From contig OX597825.1 in NCBI GenBank assembly GCA_951406725.2, forward strand, positions 28,954,001 to 29,018,000: a stretch of DNA of 64,000 nt, written 5' to 3'. The DNA is from Octopus vulgaris. Taxonomy: Eukaryota. This document shows positions 1 through 15,065 of the stretch, piece after piece. The notes under the pieces are model-generated. The model was given only the letters and a program-made list of their open reading frames with translations. It was not told the DNA's origin and ran no database searches. Position 1 is the stretch's first letter. Every line of letters starts with the position of its first letter. The position numbers and the translations under genes are program-made.

Positions 1-32
<32 letters not shown>

Positions 33-115
33 ATTTATATGTATAATATATATGCATATATACTTACATATATGTACATACCAACATATATATGTATATA
101 TATACATGCATATAT

Positions 116-620
116 GGGCACAGGACGTCAAAATAAAGTGAACAAAAGGGAAAACGAGAACATTAAAAAAAACAAAAAGATGGAAAATGAACTTTTTTTG
201 AACAACGAGAGAAACAAATAAAGAAGCGAGAGAGGCAACATAAAGAACAATCCCTTCATCAGTTGTCCCCTGTTCTATCTACTCCGCGTTCAAACGTTGG
301 GACAAGACGCGACTTCATTAAAACAATCGTTCCTGCAAAGCAAATTAAATGAAATTTTGGATTTGTGGAGGGTTAAAGTGGTAACAAAAACAGCACAGTG
401 AGAACAAAACAGTAAAAAAGGGCTGTTAAGCTATCACGAGGTGAAGTGGTGAACGCTGGAGAAACGAGCTTTGACAGGAGACAAGCAAAATTGTGTTTTG
501 TCTCTTGTAAAGCAAGAAGAAAGAAAAATAGCTGCTGGTCACGTGTGAGCAACGAGAGAGTCAAGGAGGAAGAATGAGGGAGAGAGAGGGAGAGAAAGCG
601 AACGGTGAATGGGGGAGGAG
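116..620 (-). mobile_element. Interspersed repeat P1, probably Penelope-like pseudo-LTR derived; carries a hammerhead-like motif
   Basis: 120-342 is homologous to 59316-59537. Flanked by TA/CT microsatellites. The minus strand has CTGATGA and GAA(A)CGCG motifs. Confidence 0.6.
252..311 (-). ncRNA. Rearranged hammerhead ribozyme-like motif (degenerate)
   Basis: Minus strand: CGCGUC-UUGUCCC-aacguuu-GAACGCG-gaguagauagaacag-GGGACAA-CUGAUGA-aggg. Stem I is 7 bp and stem III is 5 bp. One A is missing from GAAA and stem II is weak. Confidence 0.45.
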
Positions 621-762
621 ATTATATGTGTATATATGCATGTCTATATATACATTTCTTTCTTTCTCTCTCTCTCTCTCTCTCTCTATGTATATATATG
701 TATATATATATATATGTACACACGCACAACAAACACAGGCACACAAATACATACATACATAC

Positions 763-793
<31 letters not shown>

Positions 794-831
794 TGTATGT
801 ATGTATGTATGTATGTATGTATGTATTATAT

Positions 832-1007
832 GAAGGTGCATGGCTTAGTGGTTAGAGTGTTGCACTCATGATTGCGAGATCGTGGGTTCAACTCCCGGGC
901 CGGGCGTTGCGTTGTGTGAGCTTATGTCTACACAAACAGTTGATCTCTATAAACAAAGCATCAGTGTCGTTGTTCGGTAGGAAACTGTCGAGCCCTCATA
1001 CGTCGTC
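832..1007 (+). mobile_element. tRNA-derived SINE family B, internally deleted
   Basis: A box TGGCTTAGTGG and B box GGTTCAACTCC. Head matches the copies at 39145, 58078(-) and 61191. Confidence 0.8.
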
Positions 1008-1009
1008 TA

Positions 1010-1148
1010 TATACACGACGGGTTTCTTCTAGTTTCCGTCTACCAAATCCACTCCCAAGGCTTTGGTCGACCTGAGGCTATAGTAGGAGACACTTGCCCA
1101 CGGTACCACAAAGTGGGACTGAACCCTTAACCAAGCTACTCCTGCGCT
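1010..1148 (-). mobile_element. SINE family A, 5' half
   Basis: Reverse complement of the head seen at 20389 and 26167 (GGGTTCAGTCCCAC...GGATTTGGTAGACGGAAACT). Confidence 0.85.
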
Positions 1149-1289
1149 TATAAAAAAAAATTTAATGTCTCACAGTCTTGAAATTTAATTTCGTTAAGTA
1201 TGTTATTTATTTTGTCTATCATTTATTTATTTGTGATGTTTTGTGAGGTTTTCATCAGAAGACTTAACCAAAACGAGCTGCTAGAAACC

Positions 1290-1532
1290 ACAGCTAAACT
1301 ATGGAAACTGTTTGGTCATGTTTTGCGCTTACTATAGGAGAGACCGAGTTTGGTCAGCTGATGAGTTGGCAGTTGGAAAAGGGAGAAGAAAGAGAATGAT
1401 CGTGACGAAGACATGGCAAAGAACTGTGCTGGAAGACTTGGTCGAGATGGGTGCCACCGGGGAAGAAGGGCACAGTTTGGATGAGAACTCTCATCACCTG
1501 ACGCCTTTTGAGAGAATGGAGATAACATGACG
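1290..1532 (+). mobile_element. RTE-clade LINE 3' remnant
   Basis: Frameshifted translation WKLFGHVLR...GKGRRKR...KTWQRTVLEDL resembles the RTE ORF C-terminus. Confidence 0.6.
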
Positions 1533-1591
1533 TCATTGATGAGATATTACTTTATATAGTTCTTGTGGCTGATGCAACTACTGCTGTTCCC

Positions 1592-1905
1592 TCTTCTTCT
1601 TCTTCTTCTTCTTCTTCTTCTTCTTCTTCTTCTTCTTCTTCTTCTTCTTCTTCCTCCTTTCCTCCTTTCCCTCCTCCTCCTTTTTCCTTTTTCTCCTCCT
1701 CTTTCTTCTTCCTTTTCTCCTCCTCCTCATACTCCTCCTTCCTTTCTCCTCTTCTCCCTTCTTATGCTCCTCCTTCTTCCGTTTCTCCTTTTCCCATCTC
1801 CTCATACTCCTCCCCTTCTTCCTTTTCTCTTCCTCCTCCTCCTCCTCATGCCCCATATGCTCCTCCTTCTTCCTTTTCTCCTACCCTCCCCCTGCTTTTC
1901 TTCTC
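1592..1905. repeat. (CTT)n grading into CT-rich low-complexity sequence
   Basis: Direct read. Confidence 0.95.
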
Positions 1906-1911
1906 CTGGGT

Positions 1912-2085
1912 AGATTCGTTAGAACGTCAGTTAAAATGACTTGCAGTATTTGTTCCAAGTCTTTACGATCACAGTTCGAATCCTACCGAGCTAGGTTTTA
2001 CTTTTATTCTTCAGGACTCATAAAATGTAACCCCGCCCTCAGCCTCCTACATTGTAAATTGGTCTTCTGATATCAACCATTTATT
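1912..2085 (+). mobile_element. Degenerate SINE family C
   Basis: TCGTTAGAACG...TCTTTACG...GTTCGAATCCTACCGAG resembles the family C head at 19566(-). Confidence 0.55.
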
Positions 2086-2779
2086 ACCATGTTGGCAAAT
2101 AAACAAATACTATCTCAGTTATCTTGCGCTGATCATATAATAAATGCAAAATAACCAACTAACAAATTAAGTATTGGGTTACTAGCTCACAGGTCATGAG
2201 ATCAAATCCAGGTCAAGCATTTCATTGTTTATGGACAGAATGCTATTTCACTAAATTGCTTCAGTTCACCAAGCTGTCAAATGAATAAATTGGTACCAAA
2301 ATCATCTACGAATTTTGCATGAATTGGACGAGGAACTATACAAAGGTTACATTTATCACTCATCGACATCCCAGAGCGAAAGAAGAACGAATCACTTGCA
2401 CTCTAATTAAACATAAACTTTAATTAATCAGCATTCTTAAAAAGTAGTTGTGATGTCTATAATGTGGACCGTTCGTCAATTAAGAATAGAGACGGGTTTG
2501 AGTATAGGTTTCTCAATAGATTGCCGTTTATTCTCCAATGTTTCGCTTTTCAAGCCAGAAAAAGATATTGGTGTATTATGCCGTTCAGAGTAGTCCCGAA
2601 ATCCGGCACGGTGTCAGAAAAATAGATGCGAAAATCGAACCCGACGTGACATAAAATGTATGTGTATCAGATGATTAAAATATGAAAATTTGATGCGATC
2701 CTCCTTATAAGGACATAGAATACTTAAATAATTACTTCTTTTTGACAAAGCACCAAACAATGCTTAATGTTAGCGGGAC

Positions 2780-6640
<3,861 letters not shown>

Positions 6641-7234
6641 AAAAATTATGTATCCGGTTAGACACTTACAATCTTCAGTACATTTCAAGCGAATGTAAAA
6701 ATAGCAACGGGCAGGTAAACGATTGATCAAGTAATGTATGAAGCCAGTTGTTGTACGTGTTGACCTGTCCGTGATTCAGCCATTTTGAATTAGCAGTGAT
6801 GGTGGTTGTAGCAGAAGCGCTGACGTTAATGATCGTGCCGATGGCGGTAGCCGTGTTCATGGCGTGGCTTGTACTTCATTTTATGCGGGCAACCATTGTA
6901 TGGAATATTCTCTCGTTTTATATACATTACGTTATGACGCAGGTGGATAGATATATATTTATTATCGATTTTTATTTTTCACATTCGCACACGCGTTACA
7001 TACTGTTGTTTTTTTTTTCGTTTTCGTTTTTGTAGCTTAGCTTTAGGTATCTCTGAACCAGTTGAAATACGATCAAATGCGTTCTGACTGTCCATACCCT
7101 CTTTATATATACACATGTTAACTGCATAGTCAAATCTGGACCATATAACAATGCACATACATACACACAAACACACACAATTAAACACATATATGTATAC
7201 ATGTATATGTATATGTGTATATATATATATGTAT

Positions 7235-7265
<31 letters not shown>

Positions 7266-7266
<1 letters not shown>

Positions 7267-7285
7267 GTTAAGATGTTAAGGAAGT

Positions 7286-7321
<36 letters not shown>

Positions 7322-7373
7322 AAGATGTTAAGGAAGTAATATATATATATATGTTAAGATGTTAAGTAAGTAA
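7266..7373. repeat. Three copies of a 22-bp unit (TGTTAAGATGTTAAGGAAGTAA) separated by (TA)n
   Basis: Units at 7266, 7318 and 7352; the third has one mismatch. Confidence 0.9.
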
Positions 7374-7395
7374 TTTTTTATTCTCAAAAGCAGGT

Positions 7396-7527
7396 TAATG
7401 CTTAAAACATACCGTGAACAGGATAAACCACCCATATTTTGCAGAAAAATGTGTTGGCCGCAAGCAATGAGACATTTTTCTGCAAATAGGGATAGTTTAT
7501 CCTGTTCATGCTATGCTATTAGCATTA
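7396..7527. repeat. Imperfect inverted repeat (foldback) with ~56-bp arms
   Basis: TAATGCT...TGAACAGGATAAAC...TTTGCAGAAAAATGT at 7396-7452 is mirrored at 7472-7527. Confidence 0.85.
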
Positions 7528-7536
7528 TATATATAT

Positions 7537-7602
<66 letters not shown>

Positions 7603-7743
7603 ACACACGCACACACACACACAGATATATATATATATATATATAAATTCAAACTACGTTGAAAGTAAACGAAGTTTGCTTCAGAAGCGTTGAAAAAACA
7701 AGTCAAGGTAGAAAATGCTAAAATAATTTTACAAAAAACATTT

Positions 7744-7779
7744 CAGTACCGGTTTTAGTCATTGTGACTTTTTCAACTG
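7744..7779 (-). ncRNA. Minimal type I hammerhead-like motif (U3:A8 variant), left arm
   Basis: CAG-UUGAAAA-AGUC-acaau-GACU-aAAA-CCGG-UA-CUG; G12 is replaced by A. Confidence 0.55.
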
Positions 7780-7911
7780 TAAGTATGGAAAGCAATTAAA
7801 TTTTGGAAAAATTAAAAGAATATTTGCCTCTTGTATTTGAATGCTATGCAAATATTCTTTAAAAGACTTTTCTTTTAACTTTTTCCCAAATTTAATTGTT
7901 TTCCATACTTA

Positions 7912-7947
7912 CAGTTGAAAAAATCCCGATGACTGAAACCGGTCCTG
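7912..7947 (+). ncRNA. Minimal type I hammerhead-like motif (U3:A8 variant), right arm
   Basis: CAG-UUGAAAA-AaUC-ccgau-GACU-GAAA-CCGG-UC-CUG; palindromic stem III, one mismatch in stem II. Confidence 0.6.
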
Positions 7948-8032
7948 AAATGTATTTTATAAAATTATTTTAGCATTTTCTACCTGACTTTTTTTCCATA
8001 TATATCAACTCACGTGTTCCTTTTCAACCTTC

Positions 8033-8081
<49 letters not shown>

Positions 8082-8262
8082 CTCTCTCCATTATCGTCTC
8101 TCATTTCATTATTCATATTCTCTTTCATTATTCATATTCTCTTCCGTCCATACACCAACTCATCCAATACCACACACTACTGCTCTACTATGTTGACCAA
8201 TTTGCATATCATGTTATACCTCCTCATCCCATTTAAGTTTCTTGTAACGCACCCAATTACAC

Positions 8263-8264
<2 letters not shown>

Positions 8265-8341
<77 letters not shown>

Positions 8342-8342
8342 C
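8265..8342. repeat. (ACT)n microsatellite
   Basis: Direct read. Confidence 0.95.
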
Positions 8343-8761
8343 ACAACTTCTTACTTCATCCGTTTTCTTGTCTATTACTTTACAATCCTATGTATTTACC
8401 GAAAAATAGAATCTGGCTGTTTCACCTTATCGCTTTAACACTTCGTGACACGACCAAGTGCAACGTTAATTGTTGGTACAAATGTAAAAGTTTAATCTGC
8501 ACAAAGAAATTATAGGTGTCCAAAGAGCAAAATAGCTCTCCACAAATCATCTCTTTTTAACTATGTGAGTGTATGTATGTTAAAATGACCAGATTATGCA
8601 TCGCATTTAACCGAGAAGAGTCATTCAAGCAATAGTCGTAGCAAAGCTGGAAGTCATTTGCTAGATTAAAATATTTTCTTCGCCGTACAGCTCCTTAATA
8701 ATATAGCCATTCTCATGATTAGGCCTTCATAAATTTGGTCGGTCTCTTTGTCTGTCCGTTT

Positions 8762-8792
<31 letters not shown>

Positions 8793-9380
8793 GCGTGTCC
8801 GTATGTATGTACATACGCAGGTATGTAAGTACGCATGTGTGTATGTCAGTATTTATGTATATATTTATGTATGTATGTGTGTATGTATTTATGTATGTAT
8901 GTATATATGTTTTAGTTTAATTTTTAAAATTACCAATAAGAAACCGGTTTCTACTCTAGAGCCAAGGTTATTTTAGTAGAATTTGGATAACGTCTAATAG
9001 ATAGTTATTTATGTTTTTTTAGTCTGTTTCTGATTAAAGCTTCAAAAGTGTTTTGATCGTCGTGTGACAAAGTTATATACTAATGACTTTTTTTAACGAA
9101 AGAGAGAGAGAGAGTTCTCTTCTCTTAATCATCCTTTCTGCTAACATTCACAGTTTAAATTTTAAGACGGTTTTCCAGATTTTTGTTGCCCGAGATTGTG
9201 AGATGACTTGTAACAAATAAATCATGGAGCTATGTTCTTTCTGTAAGAATCCCGGTAAAGGACCGTTTTACCAATATTATAGGCCCCATACCGTCGGGAA
9301 AATCAATGTACGGAGCCCTATCGTATTTAGTTATTGATAGTAAACCACAGAATAGGTATATTAGAATTGGGCACTTAGAT

Positions 9381-9563
9381 CAGCAACTCTCAACCGATAC
9401 TCCCAGGGCCGCATGCGGCTCATAAGCATTCCTCTGGCGGTCCCCGACGATCTTCCTTCTGTAAATATAATAAATTTTTCTTTAATTGTCTTGCGTTTTT
9501 TTTTTTTTAGATTTTCTTTTTTTTTAAGCGGCCCCTAAAAAGATCCAGGTTTGGGAACCATTA
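9381..9563. mobile_element. Degenerate hAT (Charlie-like) MITE
   Basis: Ends CAGCAACTCTCAACC and GGTTTGGGAACCATT, subterminal GCGGCCC motifs; TSD not clean. Confidence 0.5.
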
Positions 9564-10110
9564 CACTGGACCTTTGAAACCCCTAAGGAATTGCCTAGTG
9601 CACCCTTGCTTTAGGACAGCCATACTTTGATCCAGACTGGTTGATCTATATCTGATACTCCAATAATAACGGATATAAAATTGTAATAGTACTTTAGGTG
9701 CTGGATTCATAAATCTATTCTTTCACCTGTATTTTTCTAAACACATTATTGCCAAATGTGCAGCTGGCTTCCGCAATAGCCTGTTGTTGTTTTTATTTAT
9801 TTATCTATTTATTCATGTGCTTTGTGGAAGGTGGTTAGATACGATTCACTGGTCATTTACTTTTGCTTACTCTGTTGTGTCCTGAAAATGTAATCATGCA
9901 TGACTTTCTGCTATTAATCAAAAGCTTTCTTCTGAGATTTTGCTGTGATAGATCAGTGCTACTTCCCTAGCTGTGCATTTCTAGTCATAGGTCAGAGAAG
10001 ACTTCTCGTGTAATAATTCGTTAACATTCATGATGATAAGCAATCAATCAATCACTCAATCTACCTACCTATCTATCTATCTATCTTCACGGCAGCCTCC
10101 CTATTATTTA

Positions 10111-10896
10111 AGAGCGACGAAACCGTTCTGCACGCACTCGTTCAGTGTCCAACAATTTCCGACCTGTGGGCTTATGTCGAACAACTGCTGTCACGTGTGG
10201 GACGAGTCGGTTTATCAGCTGGGTCTATCGTCAATATTGTCACGCCTCCTTCCTTCAAACGGGAAGGAAGAGCTATTTTCATCATCCTTGTGGCTATGGC
10301 GAAAGAATGTATCTGGTGGACGCGTCTGAAAGGATTGGAGACAAACACTTTCCTCTCTGGTCAATCTCTCATCAACTTCTTCAAGTACCACTTGAAAAGG
10401 AAAGTGAGAGTAGAGAGGCAAGTTTTGTCTAGCGAATGTTTTAAAAAAAGATGGGTGAATGTAGCAAGAATGGCACGTATGAATGACGAAGCCACCTTGA
10501 GCATAGTCCTATGAACCCAGAAATCGAAAACAGAGAGTTGCTTATTTGCAAAAAAAAAAAAAAAAAAGAAATATAAAATGTGACTTCATTGACCGAGGTT
10601 ACCGTGGTCTTTTCCGTAGGCTTTTCTTTCCACGGGTAAACCTCACCTGTCCTCCCCTTTACACTTCATATTGACATTTCTGTGATAACGATCCCTATTG
10701 ATCAATTTTTTTTCCTCTCCCCCTTTTTTTTAACCCCCCTTTTTTTGTCCTCTTTCTCTCCTTTTACGATCCCTTTTGATCGAAACTCCCCCTTCCTTTT
10801 TTTTTTTTTTTTTTTTTTCTTAAACCTTCAAAAGAAAAGCTCTACCTTGTAATTTGTTCTATCTGTGTGCAGCCCTGTGTGGCTAATAAAGAAACA

Positions 10897-10940
<44 letters not shown>
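10111..10940 (+). mobile_element. 5'-truncated Tx1/L1-clade LINE (ORF2 C-terminus plus 3' UTR)
   Basis: Open frame 10113-10514: SDETVLHALVQC...LW...AKECIWWTR (zf-RVT-type ETxxHxxxxC and the L1/Tx1 C-terminal IW..R motif). AATAAA at 10885, then (TATC)n. Confidence 0.85.
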
Positions 10941-10941
<1 letters not shown>

Positions 10942-10951
10942 CTATATGTAC

Positions 10952-10989
<38 letters not shown>

Positions 10990-11034
10990 ACCTAATTATT
11001 TATGTATGTATGTGTATATATATATATATATATA

Positions 11035-11156
11035 TCACCGTGATCACCGTGAGGGACCAGGATATCAGATGCTGCTACACATCGCTGGCCACAATGCGCT
11101 TCGCATTGTTTTAGCCTTCAAATGACACCACCCCGCTGGCTAAGCGAGCAGGTCAA
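11035..11156 (-). mobile_element. Structured ~120-bp retroposon 3' tail (family E)
   Basis: Reverse-complement homologue of 51734-51852; ends in a duplicated TCACG(G)TGA followed by (TA)n. Confidence 0.75.
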
Positions 11157-11176
11157 TACATACACACACACACACG

Positions 11177-11215
<39 letters not shown>

Positions 11216-12784
11216 GTTTGTGAAGGTGTGTGTATAGGTATGTGTAGTATATGTGCGCTTTTTTGTGCATGTTTGAGCAAATGTATATGAATAGATTTGA
11301 ACATTTGTCGGCATTGTATGCTTCTGTTAGTGACGCAACGAAATCTATATAACCTGCATATCATACACAGTTCCATTGAAAAGATTTGAATGACGCTGTA
11401 CACAGACACATTTATACATACTTGAATATATATTTCGAATACACCATATTGGTATGCAATGAAAATATATTGATATGAAATAATATATGTGTATGTTTAG
11501 TACATCTGTAGTCGCATACATGTACGTATATATCTAAACATGTCTACAACTATACGCGTCTACATATATATGTACGTATACATGTAATTATGTATCTAGG
11601 TTGAACTGAATAATAGAAAGTGTGACAAAGTAATCGATACATGTCGCAGATATTATGCATTCTTTGCTGGCAGCTGAAATTTCACTCAGACGGTGCCACA
11701 ACAATCATGTGTCTACCGAGAGACATTACAATTTGTGAATTTTTCCTTGAAATGAGTAAAGGAACGCCTATGAAAGAAATTGAAGAAAAACCAAACCGGA
11801 GGTTAATGGAATTTACTTGATTCCTCCGCTTGGTATCTCTACGAATTACATTTGTATATGTAATCTTGAAATTACGATTTATTTCTCGGTTTGTTATGTT
11901 TTAGGACGTGTAATTAATATATACACTCAAACACACTAACTACATACATATATGCATACATACATACATAAAGATATACATGCATACATCACAAACGCAC
12001 ATACACACATACATAGATTACAAACACATATACACACATACATAGATTACAAGCAGAGGCATTTATGCACACAGATATAATGTAATTTATTACAATTATG
12101 AATGGACAAAGTTTCAATGCATATTTTCCTAGATGAATGTTATGTATGAAGAAATTTACGCTATCTAATGTAATAATTGTATACATACGAATGCTTTACA
12201 TGCAAACATACATAGATATAGACATACATATATTCATACACATACACATATAAACACACACACATACACACACACACACATATATGCACACATTCATACA
12301 TACTCATAGTTTTTCATGGAATGCCTTTATACTATGTTTCAAACACATGTGTTTCGTCACGTTGTAAAAATATATTCTGGAACAAGGCAAAGATATTTTG
12401 GTATCCCGGATTCGGTAATCGACCTACTCTGTAATCATCTACTGCCATTTACTGCTTACCTATCGAAGTTATGAAGAATATGTAAAGCAATCAGATACAG
12501 GTGTAAAATCAAATATTGACAAGATATTTCCATACACTCGTTCATACGTAAGAAAACCATGTTGGTACTTCTGATGCTAAAACTTTTATGCCAAAATTGC
12601 ACGATTATGTCTTTATGCTAAGAATAGTTGCTACAGACTTTTGTACGGTGATGAACAATCTTGTAACTTGCATAATTGATCGCTGAGGAAGGCGCTCTTG
12701 ACAAATCTTGAGAAATAGAAAGCAGATGCTTATCAGGTGTCTTCAGTCTTAGTGACAGAAGCTCCCGTAATTCATTTACAGTGG

Positions 12785-13340
12785 AAATTGATAAGGTGAC
12801 AGAAGACATGGCACCCAGCGAGCAGAAACCTTTGTGATGCCAAGTTCATTGTTCAGAATATTCTCAACTCTAATATCAGAATATGCTAATTGTATTGGGC
12901 ATTTAATTGATAGTCTATCGCCTGTCACTCATCACCATTGGTGAACACGATCAATATTCTCCTGAATGGTGGCAGATGCTGGAGGTCCAGGCATTGTGTC
13001 ATCTTCAAGACTCTCCCTTCACCTTTTAAATTCAGCTACCCACTTTTATGCTGTTCAAAAAGCTGGGACATCCATCACCTAATGTAGTAAACACGTCAGT
13101 ATGAATGTCATTTTTTCTGCAGACAATTGATAACAACACTACGATGCCAAATTATGTCCATTTTCAAGAGAAGTGATTAGTAGTTACTTCTGAAGTCTCT
13201 GAATAATCAAATGTTCGTTTATCTGGAAAGAAACAATGCAGTTATCAATAAGAAGCTTTGAAATTGATGTATACAATACTTAACAGCTCTTGCTTCACTC
13301 CTTCCTAGTCAGCCTCTGAACATTCCAGCCGACATTCATA
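12785..13340 (-). pseudogene. Mariner transposon 5' part with decayed transposase
   Basis: Minus-strand translation KWVAEFKR*RESLEDD...ILNNELGITKVSARWVPCLL (mariner WVPxxL motif). Probable ATG at 13161 and degenerate TIR near 13340. Confidence 0.85.
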
Positions 13341-13554
13341 CATAATTACCTAATTTATATAAACATAGATGTATTTATATACGTACTTAAATGGGCTTTC
13401 TATATATTAATATGTATATACATATATGTACACATATAAATGCATGTCTATGTACATATATATATATATATATGCACGTATGTATATCTATTTATATGCT
13501 TGTAGATATTTAGTTCATGTATACACACATATATTTACTGGTATGTATATGAAC

Positions 13555-13675
13555 ATGTCGAAGAGCGTAGACTCGAAACGTAAAAGACTTTCTCACTTTC
13601 CGAGCGTTGAACTGATACATCTGTTTCTTGTTTACACACCCGTCTTCGTCTTTTGTTTTTTGTTGTAAATTCTCA
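13555..13675 (+). mobile_element. Repeat P2 (Penelope-like pLTR fragment) with hammerhead-like motif at 13555-13586
   Basis: Homologous to 48818-48946(-); aUGUCGA-A-GAGc-guag-aCUC-GAAA-CG-UA-AAAG. Confidence 0.6.
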
Positions 13676-13765
13676 TTATATGAACATATAGCTATATATG
13701 TGTGTGTGTGTGTGTGTGTCTGTGTGTGTGTGTGCGCGCGCGTATGTATAAACGCATATATGTGC

Positions 13766-13824
<59 letters not shown>

Positions 13825-15007
13825 TATACATATATGTATATATGCATATCTACATACATACATACATACATACATGTATATAGTGAGACAGAGATATGTT
13901 CACACCCATACACACACGTACACTCTTACACACACCCTCACGCGCACATATGTGTGATATTTCCCAACACAAATATATCACAAATAGTTACCTAAGCTTC
14001 AGCGTGTATATTCATATGTGTAAGTCGGTGTTTATTCAATATCTAACGTAACACAGACATATATGTAAACGCAAGTCTGTATTTATATTTCTATATATCA
14101 CCGGGCTTATGCAAATTTACGCAGCTTCGTTCGTTTCCAAAAATATAAAATAAGCATTAAATTCCATTCCACACTCGTTTTGAATAAGACAGAAAATGTA
14201 TGTTGTTCCAGTATGGAGTGGCGGGTTTAATTTCCGTGTGACTTCATTCATTCTCTTTACATATATATATATATATATATATCTGTCGTTTTTGTTTCAT
14301 TATATTTCTTTTCTCATTCATTTTTCTGGCCCTGCATCAGGTTATCACGCTTATACAGACAAATCTTTACATATGCACTTACAGCTTGACTGCCATTCAT
14401 ATCTACGCATATTTGAATTGAGAGAGCATTTGAGAGAGAGAGAGAGAGATTTTGTGTGTAAAAGGAGGGAGGCGCGGGAAAGAGACAGAGTGAGGATATC
14501 AGTATGTGAGTGAATGTGTGTGTGTGAGTGTGTGTGTGAGTTTGTGTGTGTGTGTGAGAGAGATGTTTATATACAAGTGATATAAGTAATGGCTGGCGAG
14601 AAATATATTTCGATACTGGAAGAGAGAGTGTGAAAGAGAAGAGTGTTTCAGTAAAGAATCACGATGTGAAAGATAAATGTATATAGACATATAATCAGAG
14701 ACGAAGGTCTTTTGGTAAAAACTCTAAGTGAGAGAGAGAGAATGAGATAGAAAGAGAGAGAGAGAGCGAATAAGAAAGAGAAGGAGAAAGGACATTTTGG
14801 TAGAAAAATTCCAAGTAAAAGTTAGACATATGTACAGAGAAAGAGAGATGGTGTATGTGATAGAGAGGAAGAGAAAAAGAGAGAGAGAGTGAGAGAGAGT
14901 GGTGTTTATGTAGAGAAAGTACGTGAAAAAGCATATATAAAGAAACAAAGTTGAACATTTTGGTAAAGGATCCAAGTGAAAGATTGGCATATATATACTG
15001 AAAGGAA

Positions 15008-15065
<58 letters not shown>

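Larger units (their letters stand above)
7692..7998. mobile_element. Foldback with ~130-bp arms, probably inverted Penelope-like pseudo-LTR fragments
   Basis: 7692-7827 is the reverse complement of 7849-7998. Each arm carries a minimal hammerhead-like motif. Confidence 0.75.

Noticed and set aside
1357-1380. Isolated CTGATGAG/CTGACGAG motifs (also at 55688 and 59087)
   Set aside because: No correctly placed stem II, GAAA and NUH partners.
6675-7035. Short non-repetitive ORFs on both strands
   Set aside because: No recognisable domain or convincing splice sites, and the length is within chance expectation.
7266-7373. CRISPR-like repeat-spacer pattern
   Set aside because: Spacers are (TA)n of unequal length, the context is eukaryotic, and there are no cas genes.
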